From IMG/VR virus record IMGVR_UViG_3300028805_000054: DNA of 31,615 nucleotides. One strand, 5' to 3'. The translations under genes were made by a program, and so were the position numbers. Numbering within the stretch: position 1 is the stretch's first letter; the number at the start of each line of letters is the position of its first letter. This stretch comes from an uncultured virus (IMG/VR IMGVR_UViG_3300028805_000054). Its lineage: Duplodnaviria; Heunggongvirae; Uroviricota; Caudoviricetes. Under the pieces are notes generated by a model. It saw only the letters and a program-made list of their open reading frames with translations, was not told where the DNA came from and searched no databases. This document shows, piece after piece, positions 1 to 9,558 of the stretch.

Positions 1-527
1 TACATCCAGTCAGTATCCTCAACCTGAACATTCAACCTTAAGTTTCTTTGTCTAATACGCGGAAAAGAACCAAGCGGAAGAATCTTGAAGTGTGAGGAAG
101 CGGCCGGTCTAACATAACTATCAAATTCTGAGTTTCTCGCTTTAATTTCTTCATAATCACTATATTGTTGTTTGAGTCTCCTCTGTATGAAATCGATTGG
201 ACAATACCTGATCAACCATACATCAAAGTAAGTAGGCGTATTCCATAAGACCAGCTCACCTTTTCCGTTCGGGTCTGGTTCCCAATCTTCTCCGAGTGCA
301 TCTTTGGCTTCTTGTACATGCTTAGGATCTTTATAATAATTCCGATATCTCTCCTTCTGTGCTTCAATTCTCTCCTTAAATTCGGCTTCTTCATATTCTG
401 CCACCCAATCAATCGGAGCAAAGACATTACCAAAATCATCCGTTACCGTCCCTACACTTTTGGCCCAATCATACGCTGCCTTGTAATCTTCCCAACAAGT
501 TACATAAGTCTTATCTATTCCTGCCAT
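1..527 (-). CDS. Hypothetical phage protein, partial (runs off the left edge)
   Basis: Manual translation from ATG at 527: MAGIDKTYVTCWEDYKAAYDWAKSVG...LVLWNTPTYFDVWLIRYCPIDFIQRRLKQQYS..., open to position 1. Not in the ORF track because it is truncated. Confidence 0.8.
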   Translation of the reverse strand, partial: MAGIDKTYVTCWEDYKAAYDWAKSVGTVTDDFGNVFAPIDWVAEYEEAEFKERIEAQKERYRNYYKDPKHVQEAKDALGEDWEPDPNGKGELVLWNTPTYFDVWLIRYCPIDFIQRRLKQQYSDYEEIKARNSEFDSYVRPAASSHFKILPLGSFPRIRQRNLRLNVQVEDTDWM

Positions 528-569
528 AGTCGTAAACTCCTATCTTTTTCTCCTACGTCGAACAATAAC

Positions 570-851
570 TCACTCATGATTCACGGTCTTGTTTTCTTGT
601 TTGCGTCTCTCTTTACAAAACTTACAATTTCCTTTATGAGACATTAGACCAAAACTATAACCACTTCTTATTAAATACTCACAAGAATCGATCTCAATAA
701 CTCGAAATCCCTTGAACTTAGCTTCCATGATTGAATCTTGTTTGGCCTTCTCTTTCTTGGCTAGATAATCTCGATATCTTTGTTCCTCTGTTCGGCTTTC
801 ACATCCAAACATTAAAATAACCGCTAATATAATCAATATCTTTTTCATCAT
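570..851 (-). CDS. Putative small lipoprotein
   Basis: MMKKILIILAVILMFGC resembles a lipoprotein signal peptide; the C-terminus carries HKGNCKFC. Confidence 0.7.
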   Translation of the reverse strand: MMKKILIILAVILMFGCESRTEEQRYRDYLAKKEKAKQDSIMEAKFKGFRVIEIDSCEYLIRSGYSFGLMSHKGNCKFCKERRKQENKTVNHE

Positions 852-896
852 ATATAAGGTTTTTGATTTAGAATTTTTACCATAAAGGGAAAAAAG

Positions 897-932
897 GAGG
901 GTTTAATTCCTCAGTTAGCTTTTTAAGTTAAC
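897..932 (+). repeat. 36-bp inverted repeat, left copy (partner 5881-5916); contains core AGGGTTTAATTCC
   Basis: gagggtttaattcctcagttagctttttaagttaac is the exact reverse complement of 5881-5916. Confidence 0.95.
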
Positions 933-999
933 AAGTCCAAAATAAGTAAATTTCATATTTACGTTAAGTTTGGCAAAAATATGAAAATTTTGTTATGAT

Positions 1000-3669
1000 A
1001 TGAGTGAAATAAGAAACTTAACTAGAAATGGAGAAACCTTTTATCCATTGACTTGTACCGAAGGCTTAGTTAATAGAGATGGTGATATTGTAGGTGAAAT
1101 CAATGATATTTTTGATGTCTCCGAATATAATGCCTATGGTACTCCTCCTACTCTAGCTAAATATACATCTTTGTCCTTAGCTTTAGCTGCAGTACCTTCT
1201 AGTAAGCAAAAAGGAGGTATGACTATTAGATATGTACAGACTTCTGACAATAAGTATGTACAGTATAGGTTGATGTCAAACTCTTGGAGTAGCAATGTGG
1301 GAGATTGGCAAGGAGTTGATGATGTACCAGAAAAAGGTAGTAAAAACCTGATTGAAAGTGGTGCGGTGTTTGATGCTTTAACTACAATTATGTCTGATAC
1401 GAAAGCTCAGTATGATCAGTATTCTCCTTATATCAGAAATGTCTATTTGATTCCTATTTCTAATTCTGGTGTAACCCTATTAAAAACATTAGAGAACAAT
1501 AATACTAAAATTAAAATCACATATCTTGGCATAAATAGTTCCGCAATCTCTTCAACATCCGTATTTGGACTTCAATTTAAAATAGGTGATGATAACATCG
1601 CATTTTATATTAAAAATGTTCCAAATTTTTCTGAATCAAGAATTTTTGAACTTGGCAATGTTGGCTATCATAGTGGAGGACTTGAAACAATGTTTAAATG
1701 TTTTGTTGAATTTAATGAAATGGCAGATTTTACTCCAATGGTTTTATATAATCTGCCTTCTACCTATATTAAGGTATTAAGTTCAACACAATTATCATTT
1801 CTTGCATCTTACTACAAATTATTAAAAATAGATAATAGTCCATCTTCATATTCAAGTAATGTTGTTGCAGGAAATGGAATATTTGGAATGACAAATACAA
1901 TATTTGCTCCTAATAAAGAACAGGAAGATAAATATTCACCTTATATAAAGAACATATTTTTAGTTCCTACTACTTCTGTAAAATTTAATTCTTTAAAACA
2001 AGAAAATGTAAATTTACGTTATCTAGGAGTAAGAAATACAAGTATTGGCGGTGAGTCTTCAATATTTGGTATATTAGTTGGAGATGCTGATGTCGTTGAT
2101 TGTTGTGGATTTTATACAACTGATGTACCAGATTTATCTTTAGGAACTATTGTAGAATTAAAAAATAAAAGTTCAAATACTAATAATTGGGGCGATAATT
2201 TAAGATGTTTTGTAGAATTTAATAAAAATATTGACTTTACTACAACTACTGGAAATATTTCAATTGGTTTGCCATCAGTTATAGTTAAATGTTTTGATAA
2301 TACTTTACACTCTTTAGTACAGACTTTATATAATCTTTTTGATTTTAAAATAGATGATACTCTTGTTCCATATTCAAACAATACTATTCAAAATAGTACT
2401 GTATATAATGCTATGTCAACAATCATTCCGCCAAATAAAGCTCAAGAGGATAAGTACTCTCCTTATATAAAAAATGTATTTATTATTCCTACTACATCTG
2501 CTAAATTTGATTATCTTAAAACATTAAAAAATAATAATACTTATATAAGATTAACTTATCTTGGTGTAAGAGAAAGAGCGTTAGGTGGTCCTTCATCAAT
2601 ATTTGGAATACAATTATTTTTAGGAGTAGATAATGTAGCTAGTTTTTATACAACTGAAATACCAAACTTATCTTTGGGAACGATAGTAGAATTACCAAAG
2701 ACTGCTAATGCTACAGGAGAAATTAGTTCTGGTTATAGGGTTTTTGTAGAATTTAATCCTATGATAGATTTTAATACTCCGTCGGAATTAATTATTATTA
2801 GTCTTCCAGTAATTTATGTAAACAATTATAATAATACTATCTATTCTTTATTTTCAAATATAGCAAATTTAAATCAGTTAAAATTACGTTATATTGTTGT
2901 AGATAAAAATGGTAGTGGTGACTTCACAACATTGACTGCTGCTACTGATTATGCAAGTGATGGTGCAATCATAAAAGTTATGCCTGGAATCTATGACAAT
3001 GAAGTAATTGTAGGCGGTAAGACGAAAACATTATTCATTATCGGAGATGATCGTGATAAATGCGTAATTAAAAACTCTTATGGTAATTATGCAAACGCTG
3101 TCATTCATATTGCATCTGGATTACTGAGAAACCTTACTGTTATTCAGGAGGCAACTTCTGCATCTGATGTTGGTGCTTATGCAGTTCATGCAGATATGAA
3201 TCCTATGTATAATAGCACGCTTAGGATTGAGAATTGTACGCTAAGAAACCACCTTAGAAATGTAGGTGCATTAGGTGCCGGTCTTAGAGGTGGTGGTGTT
3301 CTTACAATACAGAATAGTACTCTTGAGAATGTAACAGGTGGACGGGCATTATATTGTCACGACAACAATGGACCTGAATATAATGGTTTACAAATACTAA
3401 GGATAGTAGATTCAATTATAAAAACTGTACCAACAGATAATTTGTATGCTATTACCATACAAGGTCAAGGAAAAAATGGTGAAAGAACTTTCGAAGATAG
3501 TCAGTATTATCTTGAATTTGTACGCAACAGAATTGTTGGTGGTGCAAATTTTGTCAACTGGTATCCTGATGATGTAACCATTACTGATGACGATTTCCAA
3601 GGGGTTATGAATCTCAGACTTTCATCAGTATCTTGGGGTAACAGTGATTCAGTGTTCAATGCTGAATAA
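1000..3669 (+). CDS. Receptor-binding/tailspike-like paralog A: conserved N-terminus, three ~170-aa repeats, C-terminal pectinesterase/pectin-lyase-like beta-helix
   Basis: N-terminus MSEIRNLTRNGETFYPL...KGGMTIRYVQTSDNKYVQY is shared with three other ORFs. Repeats (QxDxYSPYIxN) start near 1381, 1891 and 2416. The segment YIVVDKNGSGDFTTLTAA...IKVMPGIY resembles a beta-helix cap. Confidence 0.75.
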   Translation: MSEIRNLTRNGETFYPLTCTEGLVNRDGDIVGEINDIFDVSEYNAYGTPPTLAKYTSLSLALAAVPSSKQKGGMTIRYVQTSDNKYVQYRLMSNSWSSNVGDWQGVDDVPEKGSKNLIESGAVFDALTTIMSDTKAQYDQYSPYIRNVYLIPISNSGVTLLKTLENNNTKIKITYLGINSSAISSTSVFGLQFKIGDDNIAFYIKNVPNFSESRIFELGNVGYHSGGLETMFKCFVEFNEMADFTPMVLYNLPSTYIKVLSSTQLSFLASYYKLLKIDNSPSSYSSNVVAGNGIFGMTNTIFAPNKEQEDKYSPYIKNIFLVPTTSVKFNSLKQENVNLRYLGVRNTSIGGESSIFGILVGDADVVDCCGFYTTDVPDLSLGTIVELKNKSSNTNNWGDNLRCFVEFNKNIDFTTTTGNISIGLPSVIVKCFDNTLHSLVQTLYNLFDFKIDDTLVPYSNNTIQNSTVYNAMSTIIPPNKAQEDKYSPYIKNVFIIPTTSAKFDYLKTLKNNNTYIRLTYLGVRERALGGPSSIFGIQLFLGVDNVASFYTTEIPNLSLGTIVELPKTANATGEISSGYRVFVEFNPMIDFNTPSELIIISLPVIYVNNYNNTIYSLFSNIANLNQLKLRYIVVDKNGSGDFTTLTAATDYASDGAIIKVMPGIYDNEVIVGGKTKTLFIIGDDRDKCVIKNSYGNYANAVIHIASGLLRNLTVIQEATSASDVGAYAVHADMNPMYNSTLRIENCTLRNHLRNVGALGAGLRGGGVLTIQNSTLENVTGGRALYCHDNNGPEYNGLQILRIVDSIIKTVPTDNLYAITIQGQGKNGERTFEDSQYYLEFVRNRIVGGANFVNWYPDDVTITDDDFQGVMNLRLSSVSWGNSDSVFNAE

Positions 3670-3678
3670 TTCACAGAG

Positions 3679-3789
3679 TTATTGTAATAACTCAATACAA
3701 AACTTTTGAGAATTAATAAAGGGAAAGGATAGATTTTAATTTCTATCCTTTCCTTTTTATTTTATGTACCTACTTATTACAATAACTAT
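3679..3789. terminator. 111-bp bidirectional terminator element, copy 1 (direct repeat of 9442-9552)
   Basis: Hairpin aaagggaaaggataga-ttttaatt-tctatcctttccttttt between convergent genes; 104/111 identical to copy 2; bracketed by a 14-bp inverted repeat at 3677-3690/3774-3787. Confidence 0.85.
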
Positions 3790-3802
3790 TTTCAATATAT
3801 AA

Positions 3803-5851
3803 TCAATATTTCGCAATTAAACCTGCCGTTAATTGGTCAGCCATTTTGACATGTCCTGCGGCATTTGGATGCAAGCCCTCATCATTGAAGAATGTACTTG
3901 TTGTTGCGAAGTTAATGCCACATGCTGGCATCTCAATGATATTCGCTCCTAATGCAAGTGCAATTTCCCTTATTTTATTATTGTATGAGTTTATTGATAC
4001 GCCTGCCGAATTTATGCCGGGATAATGTAAATCAACATCTTGGTCTACACTTATCATCAATGGAGAACAGTAAATTTTTGCGTTTGGATACATTGACATA
4101 CATTTCCATAGCAATAATGCGTAGGCAGTAGAGAAATTGTCAATTTGTCCATCCTCCGGGATTTCTGAATCTTGAGTCCAATTTCCAATAGGTACAAGAT
4201 TCCTCCAATCGTTTATACCCATATAAATCCAGATAATATCAGGAGCAAAACCGTCTCTTGACAAATCCGTGACTCTTTTAGTAGAACATCCGGGATTTCC
4301 GTCTGTTGCCAAAGAATTACCAGAAACATTTGAACCGCTCCAAGAGCAATTGTTAAAGTTCAATCCTAATCTGTCACATACGATTTTCCAATAGCATTGG
4401 TCAACATTTGTGACCCCTGCACCTTGTGATGGATAATATGGAACATATCCAGAAGGTATGTATCCACTGTAAGTTGAAATTGAATCACCGACTATTGCAA
4501 TATTCTTTCCCTCCAGTTTTTTTACAGAACTATACAAACCTTCATTTTTTAAAAATCCGGCAGAATATATTTCTACTTCAAATCCTGAGACATCATTCCA
4601 ATATGTACTTGGCTTATACCACACTTTCGCCGAATAAGGAGAACTTCCTCCAAAATATGCAATAGCAGTATCGTTATTTCCATCAACAAATCCAATCCAT
4701 TCGTTACTAGCAAGAATAAACGGACTGGAGAAACAAAGTGTAACAAGCCCAGTCTTATTTACTACAAATTGTTCTATGACAGATTTTGAAAAATCATTTG
4801 TCCTGATTCCAGTTCCTTTTAAGACGGTAAAAGTACCGGGTGATTTTATATTTACACAAACTCCTGTGATTAAACGTCCACGAATCTTTTGTTGGTATTT
4901 TTCCTCTAACCAATATCCGTTGACGCCAGAAATCAGAGAAACTGGAGTGGTTCCTGTGAAGTACGAAGACACCAACTTGACTGAATCATCTGTAACTTTC
5001 TTCTCGAAACCATCCAATGTTTCATATATACCATCTAAGTCCTTTTCTGATAAAAAGACAGAGTGTGAGTAAAATTCAACACAAAGATGTCCTCCTTCTT
5101 GCCATGAACTTGATGGTTTGTATTTAAACCATTGCTCATAAAGCAAATTTGAACTGCCAACAAGATATTTGAATATAGCCGTGTCGTTTGCACCATCACA
5201 TATACCAACCCATTCATTGTCATTCAGATAGAGAGGAGTTGAAAACTCTAAATAAACAACACCAGTTTTGGTTATATTGAATTGTTCTACTGTTGATTTA
5301 GAAAAATCGTCTGTTCCAATTCCAGTTCCTTTTAAGACAGATAAAGTTCCAATCGTTGATATTTCAATAGCGATTCCTGTTATTTTCTTATTCCTTAGTC
5401 TTTTCTGAATGGATTCAACAAACCAAAAGCCATTAACTCCGGCAGATAAACTTGAATTGGTATTACCACCAAAATTTGTTGCAAGTAATTTAATATTGTT
5501 TTTACTTGTTATCTCTTCCTCTTTAGCATTAACCTGTTTGTTCCAATTCTCTGTATTAATATTAAAACTATTAGAAGTAAGAGTATACTGCACATAAGTG
5601 TTGTCAGAAGTCTGTACATAACGGATAGTCATACCACCTTTCTGCTTACTGGTAGGTACTGCAGCTAAAGCTAAGGACAAAGATGCATATTTAGCCAGAA
5701 CAGGAGGAGTACCAGAAGCATTATATTCAGAGATATCGAATATGTCATTAACTAGCCCTAAAGGCTCACCATCTCTATTTAGGACAGCATCTGAACATGT
5801 TAATGGATAGAAGGTTTCCCCATTTCTAGTTAAGTTTCTTATTTCTGCCAT
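3803..5851 (-). CDS. Receptor-binding/tailspike-like paralog B: conserved N-terminus, two ~165-aa repeats, C-terminal SGNH/GDSL hydrolase
   Basis: Shared N-terminus; duplicated GVNG(F/Y)W...VLKGTGIxTxDFSKS...NEWxG...DTAI; SGNH blocks GDSIS, GIND and GLHP. Confidence 0.8.
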   Translation of the reverse strand: MAEIRNLTRNGETFYPLTCSDAVLNRDGEPLGLVNDIFDISEYNASGTPPVLAKYASLSLALAAVPTSKQKGGMTIRYVQTSDNTYVQYTLTSNSFNINTENWNKQVNAKEEEITSKNNIKLLATNFGGNTNSSLSAGVNGFWFVESIQKRLRNKKITGIAIEISTIGTLSVLKGTGIGTDDFSKSTVEQFNITKTGVVYLEFSTPLYLNDNEWVGICDGANDTAIFKYLVGSSNLLYEQWFKYKPSSSWQEGGHLCVEFYSHSVFLSEKDLDGIYETLDGFEKKVTDDSVKLVSSYFTGTTPVSLISGVNGYWLEEKYQQKIRGRLITGVCVNIKSPGTFTVLKGTGIRTNDFSKSVIEQFVVNKTGLVTLCFSSPFILASNEWIGFVDGNNDTAIAYFGGSSPYSAKVWYKPSTYWNDVSGFEVEIYSAGFLKNEGLYSSVKKLEGKNIAIVGDSISTYSGYIPSGYVPYYPSQGAGVTNVDQCYWKIVCDRLGLNFNNCSWSGSNVSGNSLATDGNPGCSTKRVTDLSRDGFAPDIIWIYMGINDWRNLVPIGNWTQDSEIPEDGQIDNFSTAYALLLWKCMSMYPNAKIYCSPLMISVDQDVDLHYPGINSAGVSINSYNNKIREIALALGANIIEMPACGINFATTSTFFNDEGLHPNAAGHVKMADQLTAGLIAKY

Positions 5852-5880
5852 AACCTTTTATTTTATATAGAACTAGACTC

Positions 5881-5916
5881 GTTAACTTAAAAAGCTAACT
5901 GAGGAATTAAACCCTC
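5881..5916 (-). repeat. 36-bp inverted repeat, right copy (partner 897-932)
   Basis: Exact reverse complement of 897-932; 13-bp core at 5903-5915. Confidence 0.95.
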
Positions 5917-5928
5917 TTTTATTTCCCT

Positions 5929-6484
5929 CAGTGTGTTTTGTCTAAGGTGTGATTTTAGTGAAGGAGGAGAAATTGAAAAGGTTAATAACAAAAATTTATC
6001 ATTTCTCCTTCTATTTCTTACACCTTGATTTCTTCACACACTGTTAACTACGCTTTGATAATTAACACAATGATTTAAACAGTGGGATAGATTAAAGTTG
6101 GAGAAAAACTTGCTTGTCTCGAGGTTGATTCCGAGTAAGCAAGGAAATATCAACTTTGAGGACTGAATTGTGTGAAAGAAAGCATGAAATGATCCAAATC
6201 TTCACTTTTCAGTTAAATTGACCCACTAAAACAGCAAAAAAATGTCACAATCCCTTATATAAGTACGGAATGTGTGTGGAGGTTGTTTGCATACTTTGTT
6301 GGTCCGAAAGCTAAGGTCAGTGTCGTTAGCAAAATCAAAAGTGTGGTCCTCTCTGCTAAAACCAAAAAGTCATGACAGCAGAAGAGGAGAGTAAGTTTAG
6401 GATTAGGGAAATTGGATCTCGGAAACTTGCTCTGATGATAATGGTGGTGTGAATATAAAATTCATAGAGTGCCTTCCGAGATCC
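5929..6484. other. Hairpin-rich non-coding spacer (candidate structured RNA or regulatory leader)
   Basis: No ORF of 60 aa or more. Nested stems at 5929-36/6036-43, 5944-50/6020-26, 5965-73/6001-09; 6081-86/6222-27, 6094-6100/6151-57, 6109-15/6137-43; and 6414-24/6474-84. Confidence 0.55.
6253..6263 (+). promoter_or_regulatory. CCTTATAT promoter-like motif facing paralog C
   Basis: Same motif as precedes several transcription units in this window; 6254-6263 (CTTATATAAG) is palindromic. Confidence 0.5.
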
Positions 6485-6625
6485 TTTGAGCCCTTTTAGT
6501 TTATCTTTATATAAACGAAAAAAAAACGACATATGAAGAAGAAAATTATGCCGTTAAAGGGTGAATATGGAAATTAAAGTCTGGATCTCCCGCAGTTACT
6601 AAAATAAAAGTGGGGAGAAAAAACC

Positions 6626-6708
6626 AGGGTTTAATTCCAATGGTCATGATTTTAGAGATTATGACTTTATGTTAAAAATTTTGATTATGATATGAGTGAA
6701 ATAAGAAA
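6626..6708 (+). repeat. 83-bp inverted repeat, left copy (partner 11972-12054)
   Basis: Exact reverse complement of 11972-12054; starts with core AGGGTTTAATTCC and spans the leader and start codon of paralog C. Confidence 0.95.
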
Positions 6709-8746
6709 CTTAACTAGAAACGGCGAAACTTTCTATCCACTATGTAGCTCTGAAGGATTGGTAAATAGAGATGGTAATGTGGTGGGTGAGATTAATGACA
6801 TCTTTGATATCAGTGAGTATAATTCTAATACTAGTACTACACCTCCTACTCTAGCTACATATGCTTCCTTAGATTTAGCTCTTGCTGCTATTCCAACGAC
6901 CAAAAGAAAAGGTGGAATGACTATCAGATATGTACAGAGTTCTGACAATGAGTATGTTCAATATAGGTTGATGTCAGAAACATTTAATACTACTGTGGTT
7001 AACTGGCAAGGAGTGGATGGTGAGCTTGTAGCTGGTAGTAGAAATCTTGTTGAAAGTGGTGCTGTATTTAAGGTTGACAAGAAAATAGAAGCCCTCATCA
7101 AGAATGACCCAGATAATACAGATCTTGATATATCCGATGAAGATGGGTATGTTATATCCAGATTTGTTGGTGGGCATGTAAAGACAAAGAATTTTGATTC
7201 ATCAAAGGCCGTGTCAGTTGATGAGTTTGAAGAGGCGGCAAGTAAAACACCAAAAATATCAGACAGTATTCCTGAAGCAGACCTCGATGTAAAGGACGAG
7301 AATGGTAACGTGGTGATGATATTGCAGAACGGGCATGTAAAGACAAAGAATTTTGATTCATCAAAAATCTCCTTCCCCAAGAATAGAACACTGAGCAATG
7401 GCGTATTAGGTTTCAACAGATGTCCAAATATATGGAGTGAGGATTATGACTATCTTCTTGTGTTTGTCTATGGTCAGTCCTATACTATTGCAACTGATGG
7501 AAGGTATAAGCTGACGAATGACTTGGATGACAATATATATTGTTTGGGTAATCACTTCTATGTTCAGGATGGTAACAGCCTTGTTAAGCTGAAGAACACG
7601 TCAGAAGCAAATCAGGAGTATTGCCCTGACACCGCAATGGATATAATAGCCAAACTATGTAGGATGTATTCCTTCAAGACTCCTAAATTCATTATAGGAA
7701 ACGTTGGTAGAGGAAGCAGAACTTGCCTTGAACTGATGAAGGAATCAAGCATTCAGTCTCTTTTGACACCAGCGGAATGGGAAACATTCTACAACCTTTC
7801 CACCTACGACAAAAAAGATCCAGATGAAGGACTAGATGTGACTGATGGCTGGTATAGAAAGGTAACGGCATATCTTGACAACCTGAACAGGTGGGCTACG
7901 GAAAATAACAAGAAGATCTTGTGTCCTTTCATTATTTACCTACAGGGAGAGTCAGATACCCACTCCCAGTTGGCTGACCATGGAAGCATCTCTTGCTCAG
8001 ACGGAAACTATTCTGTGTATAAGGAAAGATTGAATGTGATGCTGTCAGACTTGAGGTCGGATATTATGGCGGCAACTGGTCAGACTGATGAACCCGCAGT
8101 TTTCTTAGACAATATCGGAAATAGTATATTCAAGGATACATTAAGCGGTATATCCCAAGTGCAGACTGATTTGCCAAGAGAAGTCGATGGTGTATATACT
8201 TGTGGCCCATACTATGCATATCCTTCCTATGGTCCCCATCCGACACCAGATGGAAGAAGATGGATAGCAGAGTGTATTGGAAGGCTCTTCTATAAGGTAT
8301 TCTTAGGCTGTGAAAGAAGTGATATGTATGTCGATTCATATAAAATAGATGGTAATAGTGTTATTCTGGATGTAGTGAGTCCGACACCACCTTTGGTAAT
8401 TGACAATTACACGTCAGAAAATCAGCCTAACTGCGGGTTTAAGGCATTTGACGGCAATATGACTGAGATTGCGATAGATTCAGTTTCTGTGTCCTGCTCT
8501 TCTGTTATTATCAACTTTGGCTCTCTGCCTGTCTCTGATTTCTATATCTCATACGGAAGCTCTGGGTATGGCAACATTAGGGATTCAGAGAGATGGAACT
8601 CAAAATATAAATACACCAGCAATGCTTTGGGTGACGAGGCACAGATAGCCCATTATCCAAAGGATAAGGATGGTAATGCCATAATCGGTGAATACTATCC
8701 GATGTGGAACTGGCTGCCTTTTGGATTTGTCTATATAGAGTTGTAA
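6692..8746 (+). CDS. Receptor-binding/tailspike-like paralog C: conserved N-terminus, two short repeats, SASA-type (sialate O-acetylesterase-like) SGNH domain
   Basis: Shared N-terminus; DLDxxDExGxV...GHVKTKNFDSSK occurs twice; GQS, QGESD and GPHP motifs. Confidence 0.75.
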   Translation: MSEIRNLTRNGETFYPLCSSEGLVNRDGNVVGEINDIFDISEYNSNTSTTPPTLATYASLDLALAAIPTTKRKGGMTIRYVQSSDNEYVQYRLMSETFNTTVVNWQGVDGELVAGSRNLVESGAVFKVDKKIEALIKNDPDNTDLDISDEDGYVISRFVGGHVKTKNFDSSKAVSVDEFEEAASKTPKISDSIPEADLDVKDENGNVVMILQNGHVKTKNFDSSKISFPKNRTLSNGVLGFNRCPNIWSEDYDYLLVFVYGQSYTIATDGRYKLTNDLDDNIYCLGNHFYVQDGNSLVKLKNTSEANQEYCPDTAMDIIAKLCRMYSFKTPKFIIGNVGRGSRTCLELMKESSIQSLLTPAEWETFYNLSTYDKKDPDEGLDVTDGWYRKVTAYLDNLNRWATENNKKILCPFIIYLQGESDTHSQLADHGSISCSDGNYSVYKERLNVMLSDLRSDIMAATGQTDEPAVFLDNIGNSIFKDTLSGISQVQTDLPREVDGVYTCGPYYAYPSYGPHPTPDGRRWIAECIGRLFYKVFLGCERSDMYVDSYKIDGNSVILDVVSPTPPLVIDNYTSENQPNCGFKAFDGNMTEIAIDSVSVSCSSVIINFGSLPVSDFYISYGSSGYGNIRDSERWNSKYKYTSNALGDEAQIAHYPKDKDGNAIIGEYYPMWNWLPFGFVYIEL
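7172..7365 (+). repeat. 35-bp perfect direct repeat within paralog C (7172-7206 and 7331-7365)
   Basis: gggcatgtaaagacaaagaattttgattcatcaaa occurs twice. Confidence 0.9.
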
Positions 8747-8776
8747 TTAATAGATATAATTTAAAAATAAATCATT

Positions 8777-9433
8777 ATGGGAAAAAGTTTAATTATCAAG
8801 GGGGCGGATTTTAGCAATTCTGCCTTGGCAAGAGTAGGTTACGTCTATTCTGAGACAGTAAGTCTTGTAAATAATCAGGATGTAACTATAAATTGTGATG
8901 TTGTGGCTGGCAAGACATACGCCATATACACTGATTCCAGACGTTATAGATTGGATCTTAGCATATCACAGGGAAATTCTGTTTTGGCTACATTCAAGAC
9001 TTTTGATAATTCAAATGTCAAAGCAGACACATCTGGTACGATATTCACTGCAACAAGTGACGGAACAATTCAAGTCAAAGGAAACGGAAATGCCTCATGT
9101 GATTTTGTAATTAAGGAAGCATTCTTTGTTGCAGAAAAAGCTGCCGTAGTTCCAAGTTCAGCCGAAACAATAGCAGAACTTAAGGCTGGCTTCAAGTATT
9201 TCATAAACATACCTGAAATACAGTTAAAATCAGGAGTATCACCCATTCAGGCGTTTGCATTTATATCTATATATAATAGCACATTGTATTCTGTTATTCA
9301 GGATTCTACCAATTCTGGTGGATATTGTGTAAATGCTTCTGTAGATGGATTGTTGAAGGAAAATGGAGGTATAAATGTCGATCAGTGTGATAGCTATACC
9401 GTCAAGATATATGCGGTAGAAAAAGAATTCTAA
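8777..9433 (+). CDS. Hypothetical protein D, probable partner of paralog C
   Basis: 218-aa ORF beginning MGKSLIIKGADFS, 30 bp downstream of paralog C and inside the same cassette. Function is inferred from position only. Confidence 0.65.
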   Translation: MGKSLIIKGADFSNSALARVGYVYSETVSLVNNQDVTINCDVVAGKTYAIYTDSRRYRLDLSISQGNSVLATFKTFDNSNVKADTSGTIFTATSDGTIQVKGNGNASCDFVIKEAFFVAEKAAVVPSSAETIAELKAGFKYFINIPEIQLKSGVSPIQAFAFISIYNSTLYSVIQDSTNSGGYCVNASVDGLLKENGGINVDQCDSYTVKIYAVEKEF

Positions 9434-9441
9434 GAATGTAT

Positions 9442-9552
9442 TTATTGTAATAACTCAATACAAAACTTTTGAGAATTAATAAAGGGAAAGGATAGAGGTT
9501 AAAATCTATCCAATCCCTTTTATTTTATGTACCTACTTATTACAATAACTAT
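9442..9552. terminator. 111-bp bidirectional terminator element, copy 2
   Basis: Direct repeat of 3679-3789; hairpin ggataga-ggttaaaa-tctatcc; TTATTGTAATAA inverted repeats at 9442-9453/9537-9548. Confidence 0.85.
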
Positions 9553-9558
9553 GTGCTA

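Noticed and set aside
212..647. ORFs 212-439 (-) and 312-647 (+)
   Set aside because: They are off-frame or antisense shadows of the longer ORF at <1-527.
897..5916. Insertion sequence or transposon defined by terminal inverted repeats
   Set aside because: No transposase between either pair of repeats and no target-site duplication seen.
6432..6438. CTGATGA as a second hammerhead core (also at ~25820-25826 on the minus strand)
   Set aside because: No stem II followed by GAAA and no matching stems I and III.
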